Origin: Eledone cirrhosa
Lineage: Eukaryota
Reading direction: 5' to 3'
DNA length: 64,000 bases
Assembly (NCBI GenBank): GCA_964016885.1
Contig: OZ024740.1
Location: 101,804,001 to 101,868,000 of the forward strand
Both the position numbers and the translations under genes were made by a program. The notes under the pieces were generated by a model. The model was not told where the DNA came from and made no database searches. It saw only the letters and a program-made list of their open reading frames with translations. Below are positions 1-11,159 of this stretch, one piece after another. Positions within the stretch are counted from its first letter, which is position 1. The number at the start of each line of letters is the position of its first letter.

Positions 1-55
1 GTGTGTGTATGTATATATATATGTGTGTGTGTGTGTATGTATATGTGTGTGTATG

Positions 56-90
<35 letters not shown>

Positions 91-139
91 ATATATATAT
101 GTGTGTGTGTGTGTGTATATATATATGTGTGTGTGTATG

Positions 140-170
<31 letters not shown>

Positions 171-249
171 ATATATATATGTGTGTATATGTATATATAT
201 ATATATGTGTGTGTGTGTATATATATATATATATGTATGTATATATATA

Positions 250-281
<32 letters not shown>

Positions 282-300
282 AACGTGTGTTTGCATATAT
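1..300. repeat. Compound (TG)n/(TA)n microsatellite
   Basis: Alternating TG and TA dinucleotide runs; the overlapping ORFs are C/V/Y/I low-complexity artefacts. Confidence 0.98.
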
Positions 301-513
301 GTATGTGTCTCTTTCCAAAGTTGGCCTAATCTGCCACCAAAAGCTAACTACAGTAAGTACCTGACAATGGATTGCATAATATATAATTCATGTAGGAAAA
401 TTGGCAAATCTATTGATGCATTAGGACACTTGGATAAACGTTCAAATACACATCTGCATACTGGTGTACACATATGCAGCTCTCTGCAAAAGACTTGTAG
501 GAATCTGACATGC

Positions 514-726
514 TTAACCCTTTAGCATTTAAAATGGCCATATCCAGCCAGAATTCGCTCACCTCTTTCTGTGCAAACAGGCTGTAATCTGCCACTCGTA
601 CCAACGTTTAGGTATTGTTCTTAAAATAATTAACATCAAAATCTCATAGCTTCGATATTATGTGAGATTATTATATGAGGTAAAGCCTTTGCCATTAAAA
701 TACAATAGAAAATATATAAAGGTTAA
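514..726. mobile_element. piggyBac-like MITE (family 1), decayed right end
   Basis: Begins TTAA-CCCTTTAGCATTT and ends AAAGG-TTAA; internal sequence matches copies at 10753, 13807 and 48046. Confidence 0.75.
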
Positions 727-884
727 GGAAATGCTATTGAAAATATGATTCTTTTTTATAGTCAGTGATGGTCTTTTTTAATTACAAGTGAACTGTGAAA
801 CATGTACAGACTGTGTACAAACACATACCAAAATGTATTTATATTTGTTTATATGTTCATAAAAAGCATTATCATTTAAATTTC

Positions 885-1045
<161 letters not shown>

Positions 1046-1675
1046 CGTATCATCATGTATAATTTAACAAATGCTTCTCTTTCTAGCAAGAGTGAAAGTA
1101 GAAATTGTTTGCTTGAACTTTTAAACTGTGCTAATGATATATATATGTTGAAGCTAAATTTGAATTCTACTTTTAAGTTGAGCCAACTTATACAGCTTCA
1201 TATGCAAATGAGGCTAATCAGCCCACCTACACAGGAAAAAATACTATATATTCTCACCTGTTTTCAAGTCCCAGCAGAGAGTAGTAGGGAAGCACTGTTC
1301 CGATAAGAACCATTAAGTTTGAAATATGTAAAGGCTGTTATCCCTTGCTGCCTCTATTGGAATCCGCTAGACATCACTGGCCGTCAGCCTTTCAATATTC
1401 ATAGTTTGGCTTTCAAAATATTTGTTTATTAATGAAATTCGCATACATATATGTATACAGCTAATTATATATATATATATATATATATTTCAAACCTCAA
1501 TTCCTAATTCTAGCGTATTTTCAAAACAAAAAACAAAATCCTTTCCTTCTTCCTTCTTTCGAAACTCTAAACTCCCGCTTCCTCGACCCCCACCCCCTCT
1601 ACTTCGCGAGGGCATGGCGGTCAACCGCCCAATACACACACACACATCATACGGCCACCCCCCTCTCTCTCTTAG

Positions 1676-1709
<34 letters not shown>

Positions 1710-2007
1710 GATAGAAATTCACTTCGCCAAATTTCATTGCTTTGCTGTCTACTACACGATATTCATGTAACGTAATGTACATATTTTTCTTCATCTCTAC
1801 CTCCACACTCCATATTTCGTATCAAGTCCAAATAGCCAATCTATTGCTAAAACAATCTACATTTTTTGTATTCATTAATTGTTAGATACGAAAGTTTTTG
1901 TCGTATTGGAACAGAACAAATTTTGTATTTTTGTTAATCGCTGGTTAAATGCAAGGACCCCATTCAATCATTACCTTCTATCTAGCTACCCAACACCCGT
2001 TCCTCCC

Positions 2008-2106
2008 GCCCCCACGCACCACCATTGCTATTGCGTGGACCAATCATAAGCCAGAGCCCCCACGCATCACCAGTATTATTATTACGCGGACCAATCAGAA
2101 GCCAGA
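2008..2106 (+). promoter_or_regulatory. Two tandem ~50-bp monomers, each with a GC-rich box and GGACCAATCA (NF-Y-type CCAAT box); putative RTE promoter
   Basis: GCCCCCACGCA...GGACCAATCA.AAGCCAGA occurs twice (CCAAT at 2040 and 2091), ~110 bp upstream of the RTE ATG. Confidence 0.5.
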
Positions 2107-2214
2107 GGCCTATACTATCGCTTGCTTGGTTGCCTTTCGATATATGATGGATGGATGGACTGCGGAATCCTGGAGAGTGGAGGAGAGAGAGAAAAATCTG
2201 GACGCTCAGCGACA

Positions 2215-5200
2215 ATGCCAAAGATAAAGACAAATTCACCTCTTGGACGAGAATGCGAGCACTCCTCATTGCTTCGACCGCGGACGGCTAACATAACCCC
2301 ATCGCCCCCCGCCCCCCACCGCCCCCAACCCCCAAACGCAATCCAAAACTTCAGAGTTGGTACCATAAATGTGGGCACCCTAAAGGGTCGCGCTAACGAG
2401 GTTGTAGAAATGCTTGAACGTAAGGAGGTCGATGTTTGTTGTATTCAAGAGACCAGGTGGAGGGGTGGGTCTGCTAGATTCATTGAGGGTAAAAAACGAT
2501 GTTATAAGCTTTTCTGGGTGGGAAACGACGATGGGCTGGGTGGAGTAGGAATCATGGTAGCAGAAAAGTGGGCAGATAAGATAATAGACGTAAATAGAGT
2601 GAACGACAGAATAATTAAAATACGACTTGTCCTCAATAGAACTACGGTGACAGTAATATCTGCGTACGCACCCCAATCCGGACTGCCCGGCACTATAAAA
2701 GACAGATTCTATGAGACACTGATGCTAACTACCTCCCAAATATCCGACAGTGACTATATAATTATTGCAGGTGACCTAAATGGTCACGTTGGACAACATT
2801 GTGACGGCTACGACGAAATCCATGGAGGCTATGGGTTTGGTACTAGAAATGAGGAAGGCTCCAGAATCCTGGAATTCTGTGATGCAAATAACCTAACTAT
2901 CTGTAACACTAACTTCAAAAAACGTGACAATCACCTGATCACCTATAGATCCGGGGAACACACAAGCCAGGTAGATTATATCCTTACCAGAAGACGTGAC
3001 AGAGTGTCTGTTGTAAACACTAAATCCCTCCCCCATGAAGAATGCACCTCCCAACATAGACTGATAATTAGCGACCTCATAGTCAGGACGAGACGTACTC
3101 GACAGCAGAAGAGGACTATCCTCAGGAGAAAAATATGGAAGCTAAAGGACCCCACAGCCAGGAATAAATTTCAAAGCATATTACTTGATGCTTTTGACAG
3201 TAAGGAAGAACATTTAGAGTCGGACAATATAGAGGGAGAGTGGGAATTTCTGAAAGCAAACCTGCTGTTGGCGACAGACGAAGTCTGTGGCTGGAGCAGG
3301 CCTGTAGGCAGGAGGAGAGTAACATGGTGGTGGAACAGTAAGGTGGAGGGGTCAATTAAGGCCAAAAAGCAGGCTTGGAAAGTATGGCGGGATGGGGGAA
3401 GTAGAGAAGACTATCAAGTGGCCAGGAGGGAAGCTAGGAGACAAGTGTACTTAGCAAGAAGGGAAGCTGAGGAAAGAAAGTTCAAGCATGTTCTACAACG
3501 CGATAACCAAAAACGTGAGGTGTTCAGGATTGCTAGGCAATGCGTCAAGGAAAACCGTGATATTGTCGGGGAGAAGTGTGTACTAAACGACGATGGCACA
3601 CTTGCCATCACCGACGCTGATAAGAAGGTAGCTTGGAAGTGTCACTATGAAAGGCTACTAAATGAGGAGAATAAATGGGAGAAAGACAGTCTCCCCCATA
3701 TCGACCCAATAGAGGGACCAGCAGTGTTAGTCGAGGGGAGTATAATAAGTAAGGCAATCAAGGATATGAAGACGGGTAAGGCGGCTGGGCCTTCGGAAAT
3801 AGTTGCTGAGATGCTGAAGGCATCTGGCACGGTGGGACACACCATGGTCACCCGCATAGTTAACCAAGTCGTACAGAATGGGGTTGTTCCGAAGGACTGG
3901 CATAGCAGCATCATCGTTAACTGTTATAAGGGTAAAGGAGACGCCCTAGATAGGAGTAACTATAGAGGCATTAAATTAGTCGACCAGGTCATGAAGGTCA
4001 CGGAAAAAGTAATAGCACAACTAATCAGAGAGAGAATTGACCTAGATGAAATGCAGTTCGGGTTTGTGTCAGGCAAAAGTACCACAGACGCTCTTTTCAT
4101 TGTACGACAACTACAGGAGAAGTACCTAGCTAAAGGTAAACCCTTCTACTTAGCTTTTGTCGACTTGGAGAAAGCCTTCGACAGAGTCTCCCGCTCCATT
4201 ATCTGGTGGGCTCTTAGAAAACTAGGCGTTGACGAATGGCTTGTGAGAGCTATACAAGCCATGTATAAAGAAACAGTCAGCAAGGTTAGAAATAACAACG
4301 AATATAGTGAAGAGTTTAGCGTAAAAGTTGGCGTCCATCAGGGCTCTGTTCTCAGCCCCCTACTATTTATTATTGCCCTTCAGGCTATAACAGAGGAGTT
4401 CAAGACCGGCTGCCCATGGGAACTCCTATACGCAGACGACCTGACACTCATAGCGGAATCAATGGCCGAGCTAGAGAAGAAATTCCAAACATGGAAGCAC
4501 GGCCTAGAATCAAAAGGCCTTAAAATTAACCTGGCTAAGACTAAAGTTCTAGTTTGTAGGAAAGAAAATAAGGCGGCGGTCCCTTCTGGGAAATGGTCGT
4601 GCTCGGTGTGTAGGAAAGGCGTAGGTAGAAACTCCATTTTATGTCCTAAATGCAAAGTATGGGTGCATAAAAGATGTAGTGGGATCACAGGTAAGCTAAC
4701 TAAGAACATAGATTTTACATGTGGCCGGTGCTCTGGTGCAATAAGTAGCAGCAAGTGCCCACAAAATACTAGCTCTTTCAATTGCGCAGAGGGTTCTATA
4801 GAAATAGTGGACAGTTTCCGTTACCTGGGTGATAAAATCGGCAGTGGGGGAGGGTGCTCTGAAAGTACAGTAACTAGAGTCAGAACTGGTTGGAAAAAGT
4901 TCAGAGAGCTTATACCACTATTAGCTGCTAAAGGGTTCTCCCTAAAAATGAAAGGCAGATTGTACGATGCCTGCATACGAAGAGCAATGTTGCATGGCAG
5001 TGAGACCTGGGCATTGTGTGCAGAGGATATACGCAGACTAGAGAGGAACGAAGCTTGCATGCTCCGCTGGATGTGTAACAGTAATATACGTGAACGGCAA
5101 AGCATAAACAAACTAAGGAAAAAATTAGAAATAAGAGGGATCAGATGTTGTTTACTCGAGAGAAGGCTACGTTGGTATGGACACGTGATGCGCATGAAAG

Positions 5201-5385
5201 TCGATAGCTGTATAACAAAGTGCAGGGCAATAAAGATAGACGGTAGCCACGGAATAGGCAGACCTAGAAAAACCTGGGACGAGCTGATAAACTCCGACCT
5301 CACACACTTACACCTCTCCAAGACAATGTCACTGGACCGAGACCTTTGGCGGTACTCAGTAACAGAGAAGACCCGCCTTACCTAA
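2215..5385 (+). CDS. RTE ORF: APE endonuclease + reverse transcriptase with internal PHD-type finger (1056 aa from first likely ATG)
   Basis: EN motifs TINVGTL, IQETRW, SAYAPQ, AGDLNG, QVDYIL, SQHR; RT motifs NYRGIKL, QFGF, FVDLEKAFDRV, GVHQGSVLSP, YADD, FRYLG; RTE C-terminus LHGSETW, RLRWYGHV, GRPRKTW, DRDLWR; no stops or frameshifts. Confidence 0.95.
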   Translation: MPKIKTNSPLGRECEHSSLLRPRTANITPSPPAPHRPQPPNAIQNFRVGTINVGTLKGRANEVVEMLERKEVDVCCIQETRWRGGSARFIEGKKRCYKLFWVGNDDGLGGVGIMVAEKWADKIIDVNRVNDRIIKIRLVLNRTTVTVISAYAPQSGLPGTIKDRFYETLMLTTSQISDSDYIIIAGDLNGHVGQHCDGYDEIHGGYGFGTRNEEGSRILEFCDANNLTICNTNFKKRDNHLITYRSGEHTSQVDYILTRRRDRVSVVNTKSLPHEECTSQHRLIISDLIVRTRRTRQQKRTILRRKIWKLKDPTARNKFQSILLDAFDSKEEHLESDNIEGEWEFLKANLLLATDEVCGWSRPVGRRRVTWWWNSKVEGSIKAKKQAWKVWRDGGSREDYQVARREARRQVYLARREAEERKFKHVLQRDNQKREVFRIARQCVKENRDIVGEKCVLNDDGTLAITDADKKVAWKCHYERLLNEENKWEKDSLPHIDPIEGPAVLVEGSIISKAIKDMKTGKAAGPSEIVAEMLKASGTVGHTMVTRIVNQVVQNGVVPKDWHSSIIVNCYKGKGDALDRSNYRGIKLVDQVMKVTEKVIAQLIRERIDLDEMQFGFVSGKSTTDALFIVRQLQEKYLAKGKPFYLAFVDLEKAFDRVSRSIIWWALRKLGVDEWLVRAIQAMYKETVSKVRNNNEYSEEFSVKVGVHQGSVLSPLLFIIALQAITEEFKTGCPWELLYADDLTLIAESMAELEKKFQTWKHGLESKGLKINLAKTKVLVCRKENKAAVPSGKWSCSVCRKGVGRNSILCPKCKVWVHKRCSGITGKLTKNIDFTCGRCSGAISSSKCPQNTSSFNCAEGSIEIVDSFRYLGDKIGSGGGCSESTVTRVRTGWKKFRELIPLLAAKGFSLKMKGRLYDACIRRAMLHGSETWALCAEDIRRLERNEACMLRWMCNSNIRERQSINKLRKKLEIRGIRCCLLERRLRWYGHVMRMKVDSCITKCRAIKIDGSHGIGRPRKTWDELINSDLTHLHLSKTMSLDRDLWRYSVTEKTRLT

Positions 5386-5777
5386 ATACATAGTAAAACC
5401 TACTACAGCCAGTAGGCATCTAACAAAATACCCCCCCCGTCCCACCACCCCCAACCCATCCACGCCACCCCGTTCTATGTAAAGTTGTGTTGGTGCCACA
5501 CCATCCAGGCCGAAACAAATGAGATCGTGTAGGTGTCACGACAAAAAAACACACAGTCCACGCTGTAATGTGGCCGTGTGGGCAACACGGTAAAAACCTC
5601 CCAGACCCACACTGTAAATGTGGTTGGTGTTAGGAAGGGCATCCAACTGTAGAAAACCTGCCAGACAGTCCTATGTGAGCAAGAAAATCACTCTTGCCTC
5701 AAGTGGGAATACCCCCGTCCAAACCCATGCAAGCGTGGAACACGGACGTTAAACGGTGATGATGATGATGATGATGA

Positions 5778-5977
5778 TGAAGGTTGGCTGAAAAGTTCAT
5801 TGGCTAACCAAAATATTCACATGAGGAAACTAAATGAGGTTTATTTTTCAATATAGTCTCTGGAAAGAAACTATGCTGTTATTAATGAGAAGGGTTGAAA
5901 TTAATGCATGCAAGATTTCACTGCCCTAGCATCACTTCTTCATAGTCACCTTATAAACTTTTTAGCTGACCCTCGTA
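5778..5977. mobile_element. Mariner-like MITE remnant directly after the RTE tail
   Basis: Left GAAGGTTGGCTGAAAAGTT is an imperfect inverted repeat of right AACTTTTTAGCTGACCCTCG-TA. Confidence 0.55.
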
Positions 5978-6494
5978 TATATATATATATGTGTGTGAGT
6001 GAAACAAGAGAATAATTGGCAACCCCTTAAATATATAGAGAATACATTTTGGTTCATCTAAAAGTGTTCATATCATTTGTAACTGACCTACCTCTTATCT
6101 GGGGTCAAAGTATTTCTATTTTCCACTGAAATCCCATAGAAGGAAACAGTAAAAAGAAAATTGACATAAACCATCTCTCTTATTTGGAGAATTATATTGT
6201 ATACCTGCACAATATTTTTTCCTCTATATATTTAGATGTAATATATATATTCATGTATTTTGAAACAGCTAAGATGAAATGCTTCTTACTTTCTAATTAT
6301 CTTTAGTTTGGTTTTACAACTTCGTCTTTTTTAGTTACTTTTGAGTTAAACAGAATAATTGTGTTGCCTGCTTTGTGTGTGTGTGTGCTTTCCATTCTAC
6401 ACTTCCCTTAAATTCTCACTTCATAATTTACTAACAATTCTTTCATCAAGACATCAAAATCTATGTGGCTGTGGTGATTACAATGATGCAAATA

Positions 6495-6708
6495 ATAATT
6501 GTTTCTACTTTTGGCACAAGGCCAGCAATTTGAAGGGAAATGGAAAGTAGAATAAATCAACCCTATTGCGATACTGGTACCTTATTATATCAATCCCTTA
6601 AGAATGAACAGCAAAGCTAATATGGTAGGGTTTGAACATAAAGGACCATAACTCTATACCACAAAGCAGGGTGTCCAATGTTTTACCGATACTGCCAATC
6701 CACCACTC
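6495..6708 (-). mobile_element. tRNA-derived SINE (Meta-domain-like family), old copy
   Basis: Diverged match to the family at 9190/13511/40420/54055; (AAT)n tail on the left. Confidence 0.65.
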
Positions 6709-6944
6709 TAATTATGTAAATAATAATAATGTTAATGCTTAGAGCCCTTGCTGATTCATGTAAACTTGCACAAATTCTTATCTTTCTTTGATAAAAGCTT
6801 TCACATGTATTGAAGTTTTGCTGGTTAGATACTAAATTGTCATCATTTATTGAAGGATTTTAGAGGTTGAATGAGAAGAGTGAAATGTTGGCTTCTCATA
6901 ATTTCATTTCTTGTAAAATTCTGAGATTTTTTTTCATTAGTTAG

Positions 6945-7100
6945 TAGTTGGCATTAGGAAGGGCATCCAGATATAGAAAATCAAGCCTAAAAGGGAATGT
7001 ATAAGTAATTTGTGGTACCTGGCCTGTCAGACCTCATAAAGTGACAGCTCATTTAACCCATGCAAGCATGGACACTAGATGTTAAATGGTGATGATGATG
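6945..7100 (+). mobile_element. RTE-tailed SINE body (Ceph-domain-like motif plus RTE tail)
   Basis: GTTGGCATTAGGAAGGGCATCCAG ... AACCCATGCAAGCATGGA ... (GAT)n; similar pieces at ~12715-12870 (+), ~13100-13350 (-), ~39270-39480 (+). Confidence 0.6.
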
Positions 7101-7584
7101 AACAGCAACCTAATCATTATTGCATAGTTGCAAGCCTTAATAACCAGAATCACTTTGAAGGAAGTAAATGCTGTGTGAAATGTAATTACAGCATGTGCTA
7201 TACAGAATTATGACTATATACTTATAATGCGGGTCATGCAAGTTGAGGTAGTTTAAAATCTAAAGACATGAAATACTGCCAGGTGCATTGAATGTACCCA
7301 AAGAAGAAAGAGGGTCTTGAACAGAGTGAAGGATTTTGAGAACTGAGGATTAAAACCAGTGAGTGCTTTCTGAAAGAAATTATTGCAAGGAAAGAGAAGT
7401 GGTGGGTTAAGTATGAGTGAGTGCATGTATGTGTGTGTTTGTATGGGTGTGTTTGTATGGGTGTGTTTGTTTGTGTGTGTGTGTGAGGTTAGTAAGAATG
7501 ATGGTTGTTTCATTCATTAAATCAATCATTCTTCTTTGCAGTGATTTGATTTAGTAAGTTTTCTCACCAAATTGGTGAGCATTG

Positions 7585-8230
7585 ACCACAACATCTATCA
7601 CCACCGCCACCATCATCACTACCACAACCAACACCACCACACCACTGTCCTCACATTGCTTTTGCAGCTTCCAACACCATCACCACTACCACAACATCCA
7701 TCTCTACTACCACCACTGCCATCACATTGCTGCTACTGCCACCAATACCACCATCATCATCACTACCACAGCCAACATCGCCATGACAACAACATCCATC
7801 ACCACCATCAACACCACCACCACCAACACCACCACCACTAACACCATCACCACCAACACCACCACCACCAACACCACTATCACAGCAAGCAGCACCACTA
7901 CCACCACATCAACAACAATATCCACCACCAGCACCATCAACATCATCATCACCAGAACATCCACCAGCAACACCAGCAACATGACCAACATTACATCAGT
8001 GACCACTATCTCCATCACCATCACAGTCAACACCTCAACAACAACATCCACCACCACCATCATCACAACATCCACCATCACAACATCCACTATCGCTTCC
8101 ACCACTGATACCACCATCACAGCCAACACCCCAACAACAACATCCACTACCACCATCCCCACCACCACCACCATCACTACTATCACAGCCAGCACCCTAA
8201 CACCACCGCCATCACAACCAACACCCAACA
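7585..8230. repeat. Degenerate (CAC/CAT/CAA)n trinucleotide tract
   Basis: Low-complexity tract that is open in several frames on both strands. Confidence 0.9.
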
Positions 8231-8329
8231 CCTACTTATATTGCTGCCAGTTGAGCAGAAGAAGAGTTAAGTACAACACCAATAAATATATCTATACTTC
8301 TTTAGTTGCCAAAATATTGTGGTTACTAG

Positions 8330-8600
8330 AAAGTGAGAGACGTGACACAAACATAACTATATACCAGTCACTCTCCGACAGGTTTGCGGTCATGCCCTTG
8401 GCAGTGGAGACTTCTGGTGTCCTCGGCTCTAGGGCTACCTCCCTACTCACCACCATAGATTCTGAGCTGGCCAGCAGCAGGTGTGAGCCTCGCGAGCTGG
8501 AATAGCTTTTCCAACGCATCTCCTTTGCCGTCCTCCGGGAAAACGCCTTCTCCATTCTGTCTGCCTGGGTTGTGGGGAAGCCACCAATATGATTGACTGA
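8330..8600 (+). mobile_element. 3' fragment of CRE-clade-like non-LTR element (restriction-like endonuclease C-terminus)
   Basis: YQSLSDRFAVMPLAVETSGVLG...ELE*LFQRISFAVLRENAFSIL resembles the P.AVET.G / LFQRLS.A..RGNA end of CRE RLE domains. Confidence 0.7.
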
Positions 8601-9137
8601 CTTGTCATTGTCATTTTATCACTCAGATGTTCTAATGATTCTATATATATATATTTGTCATATTTCCAAGTAACTACGTAAACTATTCAGATATTCTATT
8701 TCGGCGATAGATACTGAATCTTTGCAGTATACATTCTCTTCTACTGTGTTCTGGTTTCAAATCACACTAGACTTATTTTTGTTTTTCATCCCCCGCCCCC
8801 AGGAGACATATCTTGGTTGATGGCAGAATCAATGTGTTAAACAAAAATCATATTGTGAATTTGTTCCATCTTGGTTTCATTGCTTTACTTCCAGGTCAGG
8901 TTTGCATTTCTCCCTCAACAGGGCAGTAACAAAGAAGTATCTGGCATGGCACTGTCATTAATATAATTGACTAAAACTCTTAAAGGCCATGCAACAGCAA
9001 TGAAAAACCAATAAAAGAATTGAAAGAGTGATTTTCACTATCCACTATTGAATTGATGGCAAGTAAAATTCAAACTCAGCGAATGTCTAAAAAAATAAAT
9101 AAATAAACCACCATAGTTATTTTTATAATAGTAGTAA

Positions 9138-9189
<52 letters not shown>

Positions 9190-9190
<1 letters not shown>

Positions 9191-9381
9191 ATAATTGTTT
9201 CTACTTTAGGCACAAGGCCAGCAATTACCCAGTACATTACTGGTACTTTATTTTATCGACCCTGTAAGGATGAAAGGCAAAGTTAACCTCGGCGGGATTT
9301 GAACTCAGACTGTAAAGGGACGTAACTATGCTAGAAAGCATGGCGTCCAACCCTCTACCGATACTGCCAATTCACCGCCCT
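9190..9381 (-). mobile_element. tRNA-derived SINE (Meta-domain-like family), young copy
   Basis: Minus strand: A-box-like GGGCGGTGAATTGGCAG, B-box GAGTTCAAATCC, core GCCTTTCATCCTTACAGGGTCGATAAAATAAAGTACCAG; embedded in (AGT)n/(AAT)n. Confidence 0.8.
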
Positions 9382-9387
9382 AGTAGT

Positions 9388-9595
9388 AGTAATAATAATA
9401 ATAATTTTTACGTTCATTTTTCTATGCTTGCATGGGTTGAACGAGTCCTTTTCAGTACAGCATCTCTCCATTCATTGCATTCCATTGCCATCTCCTCTGT
9501 GCATCTCAGTGTTATGAGATCAGCTCTCAACACTTCTGCCCAGGTCTTTCTTGGTCTACCTCTACTGTGGCTTCCTTCTACCTCTACTGTGGTTT
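9388..9595 (-). mobile_element. 3' end of a third RTE subfamily with very short 3' UTR and (TTA)n tail
   Basis: VEVEGSHSRGRPRKTWAEVLRADL...EWRDAVLKRTR running directly into AACCCATGCAAGCATAGA. Confidence 0.8.
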
Positions 9596-10752
9596 CCATA
9601 TATAATTATTATTGTTAATATATTTTGGATGTTGGGCTACAGCAGGGTCTTGGCTGTGACAACTAAAACATACTAAAGAAACAAAGTTAATGAGTTGTTA
9701 AGCTTAATAGTGTGTGAGCCAATACTGTTAATAGCTATCTTGCAGCTACCTCTTGTAGAAAGAGTTATGTTAGCAAGATAAACTAGATAGTAGTTTATCT
9801 TAGGATATATCCCTGCAGCAATTAAGGAAATACAATAAAATAAGTACTTTATCACTGAGATGTTTATGTTGTTCTACTTAGTTGCTGTCACCATGGTATC
9901 ACAAAAGAAATTAATACATGAAAAAATCCTATATAGTGGTCAAGTGGTTAAGATGTTTGTTTTTTAGTCACATGGTTTCAGATTCGATTTCGCCATTGTG
10001 CAACATCTTGGACAAATGTTTTCTACCATAAACTCAGTTTAACTCTGAACACCCTTTGATGATTTATCAGAAAATATCTTTAAAAAACGGGTTTGTTAAT
10101 TCTAATGTTCTTTGTTACAGTAAATTAAGACAGTAAATAAAGACAGTTTGATGATTGAGGATGATTTTGTCACTATTTATAGCAAATTGAGCAACTGCAT
10201 AGAGGCACTTTCAGATAAAAACTATGTTGAATCTCTTCAGATACACTATACTTGTTTAGGGGTGCTAGAATTAATCCATCACCTGCTTAACACCATCATC
10301 TGTTCCTTGAGTACATTTAAACAAACCTTCAGACAAGATCTCTGATCATAGAATAATTTTCAGTAAGACCCACAAAGAAACATTTGGAAAAATTCAGTTA
10401 TATAACTAACTTTCTCATTATCTCTCTGTTGATTGAGACAGCTTAACAAATATTCAAACATAAAATTATGATAGAAGAATAAATATAAACACTTTAAAGC
10501 AAACAGTTTTGTGTTTTAGAACCAAGGGCAGTTTCGCATGATTTGGTATCATAAGAGTTTTTAATAGCCAGTTAAAAAACAAAATGAAATTTAGATGAAA
10601 ACGCATCCTCAGAAATGAATTTGGTATTAGTGGGTCATCATCATAGCTTAATGCCCACTTTCCCTGCTAGCCAGGGTTGGTTACTAAATGAAATATGAGA
10701 AAAATACTAAATATAATCTGCTATCACACTGTGGTATCTTTGAAAATCATGC

Positions 10753-10980
10753 TTAACCCTTTAATGTTTAAACCGGTCAAAACCGGCCAGAATTCTCTAC
10801 CTATTTCTGTTGAAACTGGCTGTAACCAGTCGCTCAAACTGATGTTAAGGTATTGTTCTCAAAATAATTACTTTTAAAATCTCATAGATTCGATATTATG
10901 TGAGATAATTATACGAGATAAAGCCTTTACCATGAAAATATAATAGTATATATAGAGTTATGTAAATGCTAAAGGGTTAA
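10753..10980. mobile_element. piggyBac-like MITE (family 1), complete
   Basis: TTAA-CCCTTTA ... TAAAGGG-TTAA termini with TTAA duplication. Confidence 0.8.
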
Positions 10981-11159
10981 ATTTAATAGCATGAAGTTAA
11001 ATGAAATCATCATTGAAGCCCAGTGGAACAAAGGATTCTGATATTGTCTATCAACTTCTTGACAGCTAATTCCTGCAAGACTTCCTCATTTATATTCATA
11101 ACATATGTTGCACCACATTGATAAAATATAACAGTAATAATAATAATGATAACAATGAA

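Larger units (their letters stand above)
1990..5779 (+). mobile_element. Full-length RTE-clade LINE (subfamily A); 5' boundary uncertain, could extend to the (TA)n at ~1490
   Basis: Single EN+RT ORF, ~370-nt 3' UTR, (GAT)n tail at 5757-5779. Confidence 0.93.

Noticed and set aside
1-364. ORFs rich in C/V/Y/I (likewise ORFs at ~780-1090, 38115-38620, 39580-40140, 43330-43730, 52670-53390)
   Set aside because: Translations of dinucleotide microsatellites.
4380-5321. Antisense ORFs within RTE and Tx1 coding regions
   Set aside because: Shadow ORFs of the real reading frame; no independent motifs.
7582-8505. 307-aa Thr-rich 'mucin-like' ORF
   Set aside because: A (CAC)n-type tract open in several frames and fused to a CRE retroelement fragment; no signal peptide or splice support.
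9290-9381. tRNA gene suggested by A/B boxes
   Set aside because: Head of a multi-copy SINE; no complete cloverleaf.
10148-10345. 65-aa plus-strand ORF with protein-like composition
   Set aside because: No recognisable motif and no in-frame splice boundaries; in-frame stop just upstream.
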